This document shows, piece after piece, positions 50,790-63,656 of a stretch of 64,000 nt of DNA; within the stretch, counting starts at the first letter, position 1; the number at the start of each line of letters is the position of its first letter. This DNA is from Eledone cirrhosa. Lineage: Eukaryota. The translations under genes and the position numbers were made by a program. The notes under the pieces were generated by a model that did no database searches, had not been told where the DNA came from, and saw nothing but the letters and a program-made list of their open reading frames with translations. The DNA is taken from assembly GCA_964016885.1 (NCBI GenBank), contig OZ024740.1, forward strand, positions 287,432,001 through 287,496,000, given 5' to 3'.

Positions 50790-51766
50790 TTAGCAATGAC
50801 TATAGCGAGGAATTTAGCGTACAGGTCGGTGTCCATCAGGGCTCTGTTCTTAGCCCTCTCCTGTTCATCATAGTCCTGCAGGCAATAACGGAGGAGTTTA
50901 AGACCGGATGCCCATGGGAACTCCTGTATGCTGATGACCTCGCACTTATAGCTGAATCTATGGTAGAACTAGAGAAGGAATTACAAACTTGGAAGCAGGG
51001 ACTAGAAAGAAAGGGTCTCAAAGTCAACCTGACAAAGACTAAGGTCCTTGTAAGTAGATGAGGTGACCAAATTAGCAGCGGAGGTGGGTGTTTGGAAAGT
51101 ACAATAACTAGGGTAAGAACGGGATGGAAGAAGTTCAAGGAGCTACTGCCACTGCTAGCTGCAAAAGGTTTTTCCCTCAAAATGAAAGGCAGACTGTATG
51201 ATGTGTGTATACGAACAGCAATGTTACATGGTAGTGAAACTTGGGCGCTGAAGGTGGAAGACTTACGTAGATTAGAAAGAAACGAAGCTTGCATGTTCCG
51301 ATGGATGTGTAATAGTAATATACACGAACAGTAAAGCATAAATGAATTGAGAGAGAGACTGAGCATAAGAGAAATAAAATGCTGTGTGCAGGAGAGCAGG
51401 TTGCGTTGGTATGGACATGTGATGCGTATGAAGGATGACAGCTGCATAAAAAGGTGCAGAGCACTAGAAGTCGATGGAAACCGCGGAGTGGGGAGACCCA
51501 AGAAGGCCTGGGATGAGGTGATAAAAGCCGACCTTACCCAATTAGACCTCTCAAAGGCGATGACACATGACTGTGACCTCTGGCGTCACGCAGTAATACA
51601 GAAGACTCAACCCCCCCACGGGTACAAGCCGAAGCTGAAGCATATAGACAATATGCCCCCACACCCTCCCACTGCAAAGTGGACGTGTAGGCACTACGGC
51701 AAAAAAGCACCCAGCCCACACTGTAAAGTGGACGTGTAGGCACCACGGAAATGATGATGATGATGA
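50790..51766 (+). mobile_element. RTE family A fragment with internal deletion of the PHD-like region
   Basis: LLYADDL...KTKVLVSR joined directly to GDQISSGG. Confidence 0.92.
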
Positions 51767-52833
51767 TATATATATATATAGTTAAATGAAACAAAACAAA
51801 ACACAGGAGGTAAAGTTACACAACTATATTAGGTTCATGGTTGGAGGAAGTGGAGGATATATATATTGCCTGTTGAGAAAGTGATATCCTTGTTCGATCA
51901 TTATACCAAAAGCTTATTATTTTTTATAAGCAGACAGTATTATTGATTTAGGTGTCGCAGAAACCCTATATCGGAGTATACCATCATTCCCGAGGGTCCG
52001 GGTAAATATTTCAATCATATCTTATTTTGTTTGACTCGTTTAGCTTACTCGCTTTTTTGGCTTAGGTGGTTAATGGCTTCTTAACCATCGTCTCAGTTTT
52101 GTATGGCCTTTTAACGTTTATAGCTCTGGTATCTTCATATCCATTAAGCGCTTGCCAACTCAAATCGGAAGTTGCGTTTCGCTAATTTCCCTTCGCCGAA
52201 ATGCGATTCTCGCTAAATTTATATTTGTATATATATATATATCATCATCATCATCATCATCATCGTTTAACGTCCGTGTTCCATGCTTGCATGGATTTGG
52301 ACGGGAGTTTTCCCACTTGAGGCAAGAGTGGTTGTCTTGCTCGCATAGGACTGTCTGGCGGGTTTTCTACAGTTGGATGCCCTTCCTAACACCAACCACA
52401 TTTACAGTGTGGGGCTGGGAGGTTTTTACCGTGTTGCCTACACGGCCACATTATATATATATATATTTAAAAGACAACAGAAGGCAGGACAGAAAATATT
52501 CTTTTAATGTTGCAAGATCACAATACATATTTCTATGGCCTGGTCACACCGTTAAATCCTGATGTATGACTTTAGTGATGTCATCAGGTGAAAATTGCAA
52601 AGATTAGGTAATCAAATACAAGATTACTGTAAACATAAACAGAGAATAGACTTGATTCGAAGATGGCATACCATTTGGTGCTATCGCTGTGATGAAGCAC
52701 CTCATTGCCTTTTAAATGAATATTTAACTCCGTCCCTGCATCAACCATGAGAGACCACAATTATGATACATGATTTGCATAACGTCAAGTGCTTAACTTA
52801 TTACACCATGGTTTGCTAACCATATCTGGTCAT

Positions 52834-54747
52834 ATCATCATCATCATCATCATCATTATCATTTTACGTTCGCTTTTCCCTGCTTGCAAGGGTGGGACGG
52901 GTCTTATTCAGCACAGCATTTCTCCACTCGTCACGGTCCTTTGTCATCTCCACTGTGAGCTTCAATGATCTGAGGTCTGTTCTCACCACCTCTGCCCATG
53001 TTTTTCGTGGTCTACCTCTACCACGTCTTCCTTCAACTGGCATTTCCTGGCACTTCTTCACCCATCGGTCATCCTCCATGCGCATCACATGACCATACCA
53101 CCTCAGTCTCCTCTCCCGTACACTACATTCTATCCCTCTCAAACACAGTTTCTCTCTCAACACATTTATGCTGGGTCGTTCACGCACATTTACACTGCAC
53201 ATCCAACGGAGCATGCTTGCCTCATTTCTCTCCAGCCGTCACATATCCTCTGCAGTTGCTGCCCATGTCTCACTACCATGCAGCATCACGCTCCTCACAC
53301 AGGCATCATACAACCGGCCTTTCGTACGCAGGGAGAAACCCTTCTTCGTCAACAGAGGAAGCAGCTCCCTCAACTTCTTCCAACCTGTCCTTATTCTAGA
53401 TACTATGGCCTTGGAACACCCTCCTCCCATGCTAATCTGATCTCCTAGGTACCGGAAGCTATCCACAAATTCTATAGCGCCCTCCTGCATCTGAAAAATG
53501 TGTCTATCAATGCGACTTCTACTGTCTAATTTCCCTGTACATCTACTGCATACATATTTCTCCCTACCTGTTAGTTTGCCTGCTATCCCGCTACATCTCT
53601 TGTGTACCCAGGATCTGCATTATGTGAATTTTATAGAATTTATGCCAGTTCCTTTTCTGCATATCGAACATGGCCATTTCCCTGACGGAATCAGGGTTTT
53701 GTCCTCTTTTCTACTCATCAACACATTTGTCTTAGCTAGGTTCACTCTCAGTCCTCTTGCTTCCAACTGCTGTTTCCATAGCCAGAATTTATTCTCTAGC
53801 TCCTCTACTGATTCTGCTATAAGAACCAGATCGTCAGCATAGAGAAGTTCCCATGGACAGCCAGTCTTAAACTCCTCTGTTATGGCTTGGAGGACTATAA
53901 TGAAGAAGAGCGGGCTGAGGACCGAACCCTGATGTACTCCTACTTGTATCTGGAATTCCTCACTAAACTCCATTCCTACCCTGACTTTACTGAGAGTACC
54001 TCTGTACAAAGTTTGCACTGTCCTCACAAGCCATTCCTCAACACCTAGCTTCCTTAGGGACCACCAGATGACAAATCAGGGTACCCTATCAAAGGCCTTC
54101 TCTAGGTCAACAAAGGCTAAGTATAGTGGCTTATTTTTTTTTCTCTAAGAACCTCTCTTGCAATTGTCTCACCAAGAAGAGGGCATCTGTTGTACTCTTC
54201 CCAGGCACAAAACCAAACTGCATCTCATCTAGTTTGACCCTTTCTCTAATTAGTTGTGCTAATATCCTTTCTGCCACTTTCATAACCTGATCCATCAGTT
54301 TTATACCCCTATAATTGCTCCCCTCCAGAGCATCCCCTTTACCTTTGTAGCAATTTATGAGAATACTGCTGCACCAGTCTTTGGGTATGACAAACCATAT
54401 ATAGCCTGATTGATGATGCGTGCAACCAGTTTAGTGCCTACGTCCCCTGATGCCTTCAGCATCTCAGCAACTATTCGCGATGGTCCAGCAGCCTTACCAT
54501 TTTTCATTTCCCTAATCGCCTCTTAGACCCTATATTCATCAATCTCAATAGCTGGTCCCTCTGTCGGATCTACTAAGGGTAATTTCTCTCTCTCCCATTC
54601 GTTCTTCCCATTCATCGGTCTCTCATAATGACATTTCCAGGCCTCCTTTTTCTGATCATTCGTGACACTAAGTACACCGGCATCATCCCGGACACATTTA
54701 TCTCCAACAACATCCTGATTTGCCTTGCAATGTGGAACACCGCACGC

Positions 54748-54750
<3 letters not shown>
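52834..54750 (-). mobile_element. 5'-truncated RTE family B
   Basis: ORFs 53620-54027, 53239-53490, 52864-53214; highly similar to 27238-29040. Confidence 0.95.
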
Positions 54751-54786
<36 letters not shown>

Positions 54787-54789
54787 GAA

Positions 54790-55064
54790 CGATCGACTTT
54801 TGTCAAATTGGACTGAGGAAACAATGTTTCCGTTGGTCTTTCCAATTGCTAATACTATCTATCGGTCGCAACTGCAGGTAGAAGGAGCAACGTGAAATAA
54901 AGTGTCATGCTCAAGGACATAATGCATCGCCTGGTCCAGGAATCGAACTCACAACCTCACGATTGCGAATCCAATTCTCTAACCACCCAGCCACATGTTG
55001 AGCAACACTTTTTTTTCACATTGCTCCTTCTACCTGGAGTTGCGACCGATAGATAGTATTAGCA
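54790..55064 (-). mobile_element. tRNA/CORE SINE followed by an inverted partial copy of itself
   Basis: 54847-54914 is the approximate reverse complement of 54998-55064. Confidence 0.85.
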
Positions 55065-55563
55065 TTCAAAACAACAAACAGCGGAGGACACGTTTCACAC
55101 CTTTCCGACAGACAACCTTTCCCCCACCCCGGAAAAAAACCCCAGTTGATGGATGTGAATCCGAAATATATAGGGACAATTAAATCTCTCCCAAGGTAAC
55201 TCTCTCTTGTGTTCTTATTTTTATTTTATCCTTTTACTCTTTCCTTCATTCTTCTACACGTCTTATACACACCACGCATCTCAACGTACACCCACTTACA
55301 TCTCTCTCTCCACCACCGGATCTTGTTACCCGGAGATTTACCCATTTGCATTGTCGAGGCTTCCAAACGACTTAAAGATATTTACCTATTATTCCACAAT
55401 GCTTCAAGCAAACTTCAATACTCTCATATATATATATATATACATACATATACATTTATTATTTTCCCCCTTTACATTACGTCCGTTATTTTATGTCAGC
55501 CTCGCTTTCAATTGTTCTAGACTTTGTTTTGAAATCCATATCTCACATCCGTTTTAAATAAAT

Positions 55564-55632
55564 TTTCGTTCTGACGAACGATTTCAGATGTCTGTGTCAA
55601 GCTCGTCTTCATGAAACCTTTGGTAAATGAAA
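55564..55632 (+). ncRNA. Type I hammerhead, intact core, irregular stem II
   Basis: UUUCGUU-CUGACGA...GAAA-CC(UUU)GG-UA/AAUGAAA. Confidence 0.65.
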
Positions 55633-55987
55633 TAATTGTCTTATGTTGTTTATTACATAACTAAATAGCTCTGCAGTCAACATAGAGCACTCTCCTTTCC
55701 TTTACCTTTCCTACGGAAACTCTTAATATATATATATATATATTCATATATATATATATATATATAATTAAGTTAAAGATGTACATCCATATATGTATAC
55801 TGAAATACTAGTATGTATATGAATACACACACGTATACATATGTAGATGTACCAAGTTTTTTCACTGGTCACTTTACTGTGAGTGGCCAGCTATTCTGTA
55901 TGTAAACACACAGACAAACCGGTTTTTAGAGTCATACTGGTTTTTGAGGAAACACCTTTCCTCTATTCTCCAGAAAGCCAGACAAGG

Positions 55988-56032
55988 AATATTGAACTAG
56001 TTTCGTTGTTGTTACAACTCATCAGCAATATT
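55988..56032 (-). ncRNA. Minimal type I hammerhead, intact
   Basis: AAUAUUG-CUGAUGA-GUUGU(AACA)ACAAC-GAAA-CUAG-UU/CAAUAUU. Confidence 0.88.
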
Positions 56033-56099
56033 TACCTATCTTCCGGCCTCTCTAGAGAATCGTAAAAGCACATATCGTTATATGCTTTTTCTATGAACT

Positions 56100-56461
56100 C
56101 GCCTTGCCTAAGTACAAAACGAAACCTACAGTCAGTAGGCACCTCTAACGAAATACACCACCGTCCCACTACCCCCCCCCCTTAAATGTGAAGTTATGTT
56201 GGTACCACAACATCCAGTCCGAAACAAATGAGGTCATGTAGGTGTCACGACAAAAAAAACACAGTCCACGCTGTAATGTGGCTGTGTAGGTAACACGGTA
56301 AAAACCTCCCAGTCCACACTGTAAACGTGGTTGGTGTTAGGAAGGGCATCCAGCCGTAGAAAACCCGCCAGACAGTCCTATACGAGCAGGACAACCAATC
56401 TTGCTTAAGGTGGGAAAACTCCCATCCAAACCCATGCAAGCGTGGAAGATGGACATTAAAC

Positions 56462-56500
<39 letters not shown>
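56100..56500 (+). mobile_element. RTE 3' UTR (Ceph module + tail); related pieces at 45330-45680 and 52240-52452 (-)
   Basis: Matches 18512-18900 in reverse. Confidence 0.85.
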
Positions 56501-56729
56501 ATATATATATATATAAAGTATAAAGTATAAAGTCTGTCTCGAGCTCAGAGGCTCATCAAACTGGTGCTTATCCTGGTTTCCGTGGCATGAAGCAACTGAA
56601 AGTACAGACTCCCCCACTGGACAGGATGCTATTGCTGGTACTCATTTTCAGCTGAGTTTACTGGAACAATGTGAAATGAGGTGTTTTGTTAAAGAATACA
56701 ACATACAACCCAGCCCATATATATATATA

Positions 56730-57170
56730 AGCAAAATGATAAAAAAAAGGGTTAGAAAATTGCACCTGGTATATATATAAACAGGATCTTTATAGCATGT
56801 ATAACAAATTGATGTTAGCAAAGCCTGCTTTCCCTGTTTGGATCTTCAAAACAGTTGTTATTAGGTTAAATTGTTTTTTCATTAAAACTTCTGCATGCCT
56901 ATATTCCTTTCAGGCGCCTCTATGGTGACCTCAGTGTCTTGGCTGTGACATCAGTTTAGATATTTTTTAACAGAAGAGGCCCCCATTGTCACGTGCTTCT
57001 TGATATGTAAGTGTAGCCGCCTTATGGTACTTCCATTGTACAAGGAGTTACACTTATTGCATGTGATCTTATAGATCTCATATGTTCTCATGCAGACCTC
57101 TGCTCTGTTGATAGGATAATTAGGAAGTGTGTGTGTATCACTGTATGTGGGTTGGTCTCTGCTCCACAAA
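56730..57170 (-). mobile_element. PLE 3' fragment: GIY-YIG remnant plus degenerate hammerhead
   Basis: IYKITCNKCNSLYNGSTIRRLHLHIKKH; UUGAAGA-UCC..GG-GAAA-GCA..UGC-UA at ~56815-56855. Confidence 0.8.
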
Positions 57171-57782
57171 CAATAATAATAATGATTTCTTGTATAGGCA
57201 CAAGGCCAGTAATTTTGGAGGAGGGGAAAGTCGATTAAATTGACCTCAGTACGTTACTGGTGCTTTATTTTATCGACCTCATAAGGATGAAAGGCAAAGT
57301 TAACGGGATTTGAACTCAGACCATAAAGGACTGTAACTCTATGCTGCAAAGCATGGTGTCCGACTCTCTACCGATACTGCCAATCCACCGCCCTATAACA
57401 ATAATAATAATAATTGTTTCTACTTTAAGCACAAGGCCAGCAATTTCCCAGTGCATTACTGGTACTTTATTTTATCGACCCCGTAAGATTGCCATATATA
57501 TATATAAAAGGGCTCTGCTGGCAATAATAGTTACTATTATTATCATCATCATCATCATCATTGATGTTATTGTTGGTGTTGTTCTTGTTACCAGTAATTA
57601 CTGAAGTTATGTCAGTTGACTACCACTTCTCTATAAATTTGTGGCATTGTGCCAAAGTTACTAATTATTATTACTAATATTATTATTTAACTCTGTTATT
57701 GTTAACAGTAGTTAGTATAACCCCTCTCCTGCTCCACTGTTAACCCCCCCACACATGAGACTTATTTCTGGATAACTGACAA

Positions 57783-57850
<68 letters not shown>

Positions 57851-58695
57851 ATAGTCTTTACTACTTCCTCTCTCTTCCCCAACTCTCCCTTCAACCTCCT
57901 CTCTTTGTGTGTGTGTGTGTGTGTGTAAGTATGTGTGTTTATCTGTCTGTCTCTCTTTGTATGACCGCCTCTTTGTCTGTCTCTGACTCTTTCATTCTCT
58001 CTCTTTCTCTCTCTCCAGCCACGACATCCCAGACAAATTATAATTTATGAATAACAAAACATTTCTGATCTGTCTTCTTAAGTGTTTATCTACTCACAAT
58101 AATATACAATAATCAGACATCTGCACCCATAGCCATCCACTTAGCAAGGTTGAAAAGCAATGTCCATATAACCAAGTGAGACAATTTACAATGTGCTCTG
58201 AGTTCAATTTTACTTTTCATCCTTTCTGGTTCAATAAAATAAAATAGCAGTCCTAGGTGGTGGATTGGCAGAATTCTTAGAGCACCAGACATAATGCTTT
58301 GTGGTATTTGTTCCAGCTCTTTGTGTTTTAAGTTCTACCAGCTGCATTGCCTTACTGGTTGGTAGAGGACTATGAGTAGCAGACAATATACCAGATGTCA
58401 GACACTCAACACCTGTATCTTTGTGACAAAGTGATAGAGCAGTTGATTTAATCTAGTTAGACAAGTTATAATGATCAGGTTATAGTTTAACATGCAGGTG
58501 ATAAAGGCAATCATCATATCCATCTGATTCATCTCATAACCATGTCCAAGTTCCTATCCTCTAGGAAGTCTGAGCCAAACCACTTTAACTAAACCTTTGT
58601 TCCAGCACCAATTTATAGCTCAACATGTCCTACTTAACATGTACTCTTGTCACTTCATATTCTGTCAGTATGGTGCTAACCACCCCAATCTTTAA

Positions 58696-58911
58696 CCCTT
58701 TAGCATTTAAACTGGCCATATCCGGCCAGAATTCTCTCACCACTTTCTGTTCAAACCGGCCATAACCAGCTACTCATAGTGATGTCAAGGTATGGTTCTC
58801 AAAATAAATAATATTAAAATCTCATAGATATTATGTGAGATAATTATGTAAGATAAAGCCTTTACCATGAAAATACAATAGTATATATAAAGTAATGTAA
58901 ATGCTAAAGGG
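58696..58911. mobile_element. piggyBac-like MITE
   Basis: TIR CCCTTTAGCATTTA / TAAATGCTAAAGGG, left TTAA. Confidence 0.8.
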
Positions 58912-59568
58912 TTCTGCAGCATGATGGTGACATCCATGTATACAAGCATGGCTCTTCTCAGTCATAGATTAAACAGTATGTTTTTAACACATTTAATTGC
59001 TGTGACAGTGGCTCAAGACTCAAAAGGTACATGAGTAATGAGAGGGAACATCTTTGACAGATGAACTGTGTGATTCAAAACAATATCGGTAATATTTTTT
59101 CCACAAGACCCAAATTGTTTGGAATAAATATTCAATTTCAAACTTCATCCCAAATGTTACAATTTGACTGGTCACGCTCGGGGAATCCAGCCAGATCAGT
59201 TGGAGACGGTTGCTTCTGGCAGGACCTGTTGGAAGGAGTGTTTGAGGACTCTGCCCCCACGACCCTCTCAGGAATAGATAGGTGAAGAAGAGAAGAAGAA
59301 AAAGAAGAAGGAGTAGAGTCAAATAAATTAAACCCAATATATGATTGGTACTGGCTGGATTTAACTCCCTTCCTTGGAGATTTCTCTATAATTTTTTTTT
59401 TTTTCATGTTATCAATGAATACGACCTCTAAACCAATTGGAAATGACTAGCTTTGTAGAAAAAGTAGGGGGAAAGGTTGTGAAAAGACTATTGGAGTTTG
59501 TGTGCTATCAACTAATCTTACCTATATGCTTACAATTGACTTTTTTCCTGGAAAATGAAAACACTTAA

Positions 59569-59959
59569 CCCTTTAGCATTTACATTACTCTATATTTACT
59601 ATTGTATTTTTGTGGTAAAGACTTTATCTAACATAATATCGAATCTACGAGATTTTGATATTATGTATTGGCAGTATCGGTAGAGGGTCGGACGCCATGC
59701 TTTCCAGCATAGTTACGTCCCTTTACAATCTGAGTTCAAATCCCGCCAAGGTTGACTTTGCCTTTCATCCTTACGGGGTCGATAAAATAAAGTACCAGTA
59801 ATGCACTGGGTAATTGCTGGCCTTGTGCCTAAAGTAGAAACAATTATTTATTTTGAGAATAATACCTTAACATCAATATGAGTGGCCAGTTATGGCCAGT
59901 TTTAACAGAAGGAGGTGAGAGAACTCTGACTGGATATGGCTGGTTTAAATACTAAAGGG
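59569..59959. mobile_element. piggyBac-like MITE (inverted sister of 58696-58911) with a nested SINE
   Basis: TTAA on both sides; same TIRs; SINE at 59667-59850. Confidence 0.85.
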
Positions 59960-62364
59960 TTAACCTAGGGGTCAGATTAATTGATAGCATACAAAAAGAA
60001 ACAAGGAAAAGAATTTTTTCCTATTGAAATCGAAGTGAGGTGTTCTTCTATAATAATACTAAACATTTTAACCAATCCTGCAGTGAAAAGTGGAAAACAT
60101 TAGCTTAATGCTTAAGTCTGATCAAAGCAGTTAGGAGGTGGGGGACGACATTTTGAAATCTCAATTAATCAAAATTATCAATACATAGAGAAGAAAAGCA
60201 TTGACTGTACCAACTAATACTCTTAATGTCCTGTACTACATGAAACTACACTAGCAAGACATTCTTGAAAAGTAAAACACAACAACATGGCTGCATCAAA
60301 TTAAAAATTAAAGTCTACAGTTTACTGCAAATTTTCACAACAATCTGTCCACTAGGAAAGATATATAAACATTTGAATTAATAAATCTATATTTAGATAT
60401 TTCTGCCAAATCATTACAGAATGGTCAAGTTAATAAAAAATGTTTCTCTTTAGTAAACATTGTGATAACTCTGGACATGCTTCAGTGAAACAGACCCATA
60501 TTTTTACTTGCCAGGCTAGTGTTTAGATAATCATTAAAGATGTTTAATAATTGTTTCTACTTTTGGCACAAGGCGAGCAATCACACCAGTGCATTACTGG
60601 TACTTTATTTTATCAACCCCATAAGGATGAAAGGCAAAGTTAACTTCGGCGGGATTTGAACTCAGAACATAAAGGACATAACTCTATGCTGCAAAGCATG
60701 GTGTCTGATGCTCTACCGATATTGCCAATCCACTGCCAATTAATAATTGTTTCTACTTTAGGCACAAGGCCAGCAATTACCCAGTGCATTACTGGTACTT
60801 TATTTTATCGACCCTGTAAGGATGAAAGGCAAAGTTACAATTAATAATGTAACAAAATTACTGAAGTGAATTTTCTAGGGTTCCTATCTGCATTGAAAAC
60901 AAATAATTAAGTCAATGCTAACATGTAAAGAGCCAACAAAATTGAATTAATGAAGAATGAGAATTGGAAGAGGAAATCATTACTTCAATGCTTAAATCTT
61001 GTCAAGACTGAATATACTATTCCACACATAAACAGCTGTTAACATACCACACCTCAATAATTTTGAACCATTCCAAACTTTAAATAATCCCATACCATAT
61101 AAGCAGGGATGGCACCTAGGTATTTAATGACCTAGGCTATCCCTGAAATATTTCCCAAATAAAAATAATTTCAGCTTTCAGTTTGCAAAGCTGACAAACC
61201 TTGTTTTTGACACTTTTTGCTCTGACCACACTAAGAAAATTATTAAGCCTGTCCACACTCTCCCCAACAGACCATAACACCATATTACTCTATCCAATAC
61301 TTTGAATATTTCCACAACATTGCTATGTGGCAAAGATGTTGAGGGTTTATATATTGATAGCAGGAAATTATTATACATTTAAGTAAATAAAAAATAAAAA
61401 AATGTATATAACTGTAATCCTTTAAGGTTCAGTAATGCATAGCTTTAAAGTTTGCACCCTAGGCAGCTGCCTAATTGGCCTTAATGGTAGCACCAGCCCT
61501 ACGTGCTAGATACTAATAGTTTTGTACTATTCCACAGATAGACTATTCTTCCAAATCTGGAGTTTTATCCATAGAAGGATGGAATCAACAGTACAAACAA
61601 GAGCAATACCTCTGCTAACAACAACACCAATAACAATAAACATAACAACAACAATATCGAGTACATTGCGAGCATCAACATTTTAATTAATTATTTTAAT
61701 TCTGAAACATTCCTTGAATAATTTCACATAAGTTTTCTTTTCTTTTGACTGAGTGTATGTGTACATATAGTATATGTATATATATATATATATGGAGGCA
61801 CATGGCGTAGTGGTTAGAGCATTGGCCTTGCAATCGAAAGGTTGTGAGTTCACTTCTCAGACCGGGTGATGTGTTGTTTCCTTGAGCAAGACACTTTATT
61901 TCACATTGCTCCAGTTTACTCAGCTGTACAAATGAGATGTAAAGTGGTCGTGGAGGTGCCACGGCAAAAAAGCACCCAGCACTCACTGTAAATGAGGTTG
62001 GTGTTAGGAAGGGCATCCAGCTGTAGAAATCAAGCCAGTATCAGTTCCCGTCCCACCCTTGCAAGCAGGGAAAAAGCGGACGTAAAATGAAATGATGATG
62101 TTGATGATGATATACAGGCACACAAAGATACATGTGTGTGATAGTGTATATGTGTATACACACATACATACACACACTCACACACACATATATATACATA
62201 TATTTAAAATAATATATTTCTTCATTGTAATGTATCATTTGCTTTGTTATTTCTGTTTACTCTTTGCATACATATACACACATATATATATATTATACAT
62301 ATACATACATATATATATATACATACATATTATATATATATATATACACACATACATATTATTT

Positions 62365-62525
62365 CTGCATGAGTATGAAGTCAATGATCAGCTTCTTGTT
62401 GCCCTGATGTCTCTATATGAATGCCCGGGTATATGTGTTCAGATGGTGCTAAATCGAAACCATTCAATGTGGGAATCAGACTCCGCCAAGGATGCATACT
62501 TTCACCTCTCCTGTCCATTATTTTG
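62365..62525 (+). mobile_element. RTE RT fragment
   Basis: LHEYEVNDQLLVALMSLY / SKPFNVGIRLRQGCILSPLL. Confidence 0.8.
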
Positions 62526-62746
62526 AAGTGAGAGAATTCTGGCCGGATATGATTTAAATACTAAAGTGTTAAGAACTTTACGCCACGACCCCCCCCCCCC
62601 CCTCTCTCTATATATATATATATATCGTGATGAATGACTTATGTCGAAACGTCGTAACCTCCCCCATTCTCACCAAGTGTGAAGCTAATAACACTATGTA
62701 CCATTGACTCCTGCGTTTGTTTGTTTGTTGGGGTCCTGACTTTTTT

Positions 62747-62785
<39 letters not shown>

Positions 62786-62786
62786 G

Positions 62787-63405
62787 TAAGTATGTATACA
62801 TACATACATATATGTATACAGACTACAGTAGTATGTATATATATATATATATATACATATATATATGTGTGCATGTATATATATATATATATATACATAC
62901 ATGCACACATATATATATGCACGTATCGGTTTACCGAACATTTATTATAATGCTCGGTTTGTTTGTAAACAAACAAACAGCCTGAATTACGCCGTACAGT
63001 GTTCAGGCAACCACGTCACTTTTTTGTTCAACACTGACACAGGAACGATGTACTAGTTTATTAGCTATCGTCAGCATCGTATACCTTCCTGCCAGATAGT
63101 TGAACGTCTGAAAGTATATACTTTCCTTGTGTATATTAACGGCTGAGCAGCCTAATTTGCATATCGAGTGAGTTTAGTCGGCCGGGCACACCGAAAACGA
63201 TAAATGGAATAGAATGAAATGTGGTTGCCTAAACACTGTACGGCATAATTCGGGCTGTTTGTTTGTTTACAAACAAACCGAGCATTATAATAAATGTTCG
63301 GTAAACCGATACGTGCATATATATATATATATGTGTGCATGTATGTATATATATACATACTACTGTATGTCTGTATACATATATGTATGTACGTATACAT
63401 ACTTA
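62787..63405. mobile_element. Foldback element with ~190-230-bp inverted arms
   Basis: 62787-63014 vs 63221-63405; partial third copy at 45680-45815. Confidence 0.75.
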
Positions 63406-63462
63406 TATTTAAGTAACTGCCGTACTAAGAGTGAGAAATGAAATTTTGTTTCATTCTATTCC

Positions 63463-63507
<45 letters not shown>

Positions 63508-63597
63508 TACACACATATATATACATATATATACATATATATAGACACATATATACATACATATATATATATGTAATCAGTTATAATTTATAGTTAA

Positions 63598-63656
<59 letters not shown>

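Noticed and set aside
50836-51501. 221-aa ORF and similar ORFs (2964-3431, 24149-24595, 24635-25150)
   Set aside because: Antisense shadows of RTE ORF2
61104-61500. hAT-like element (CAGGG termini, LPHSN motif)
   Set aside because: TIR match is weak and there is no convincing 8-bp TSD
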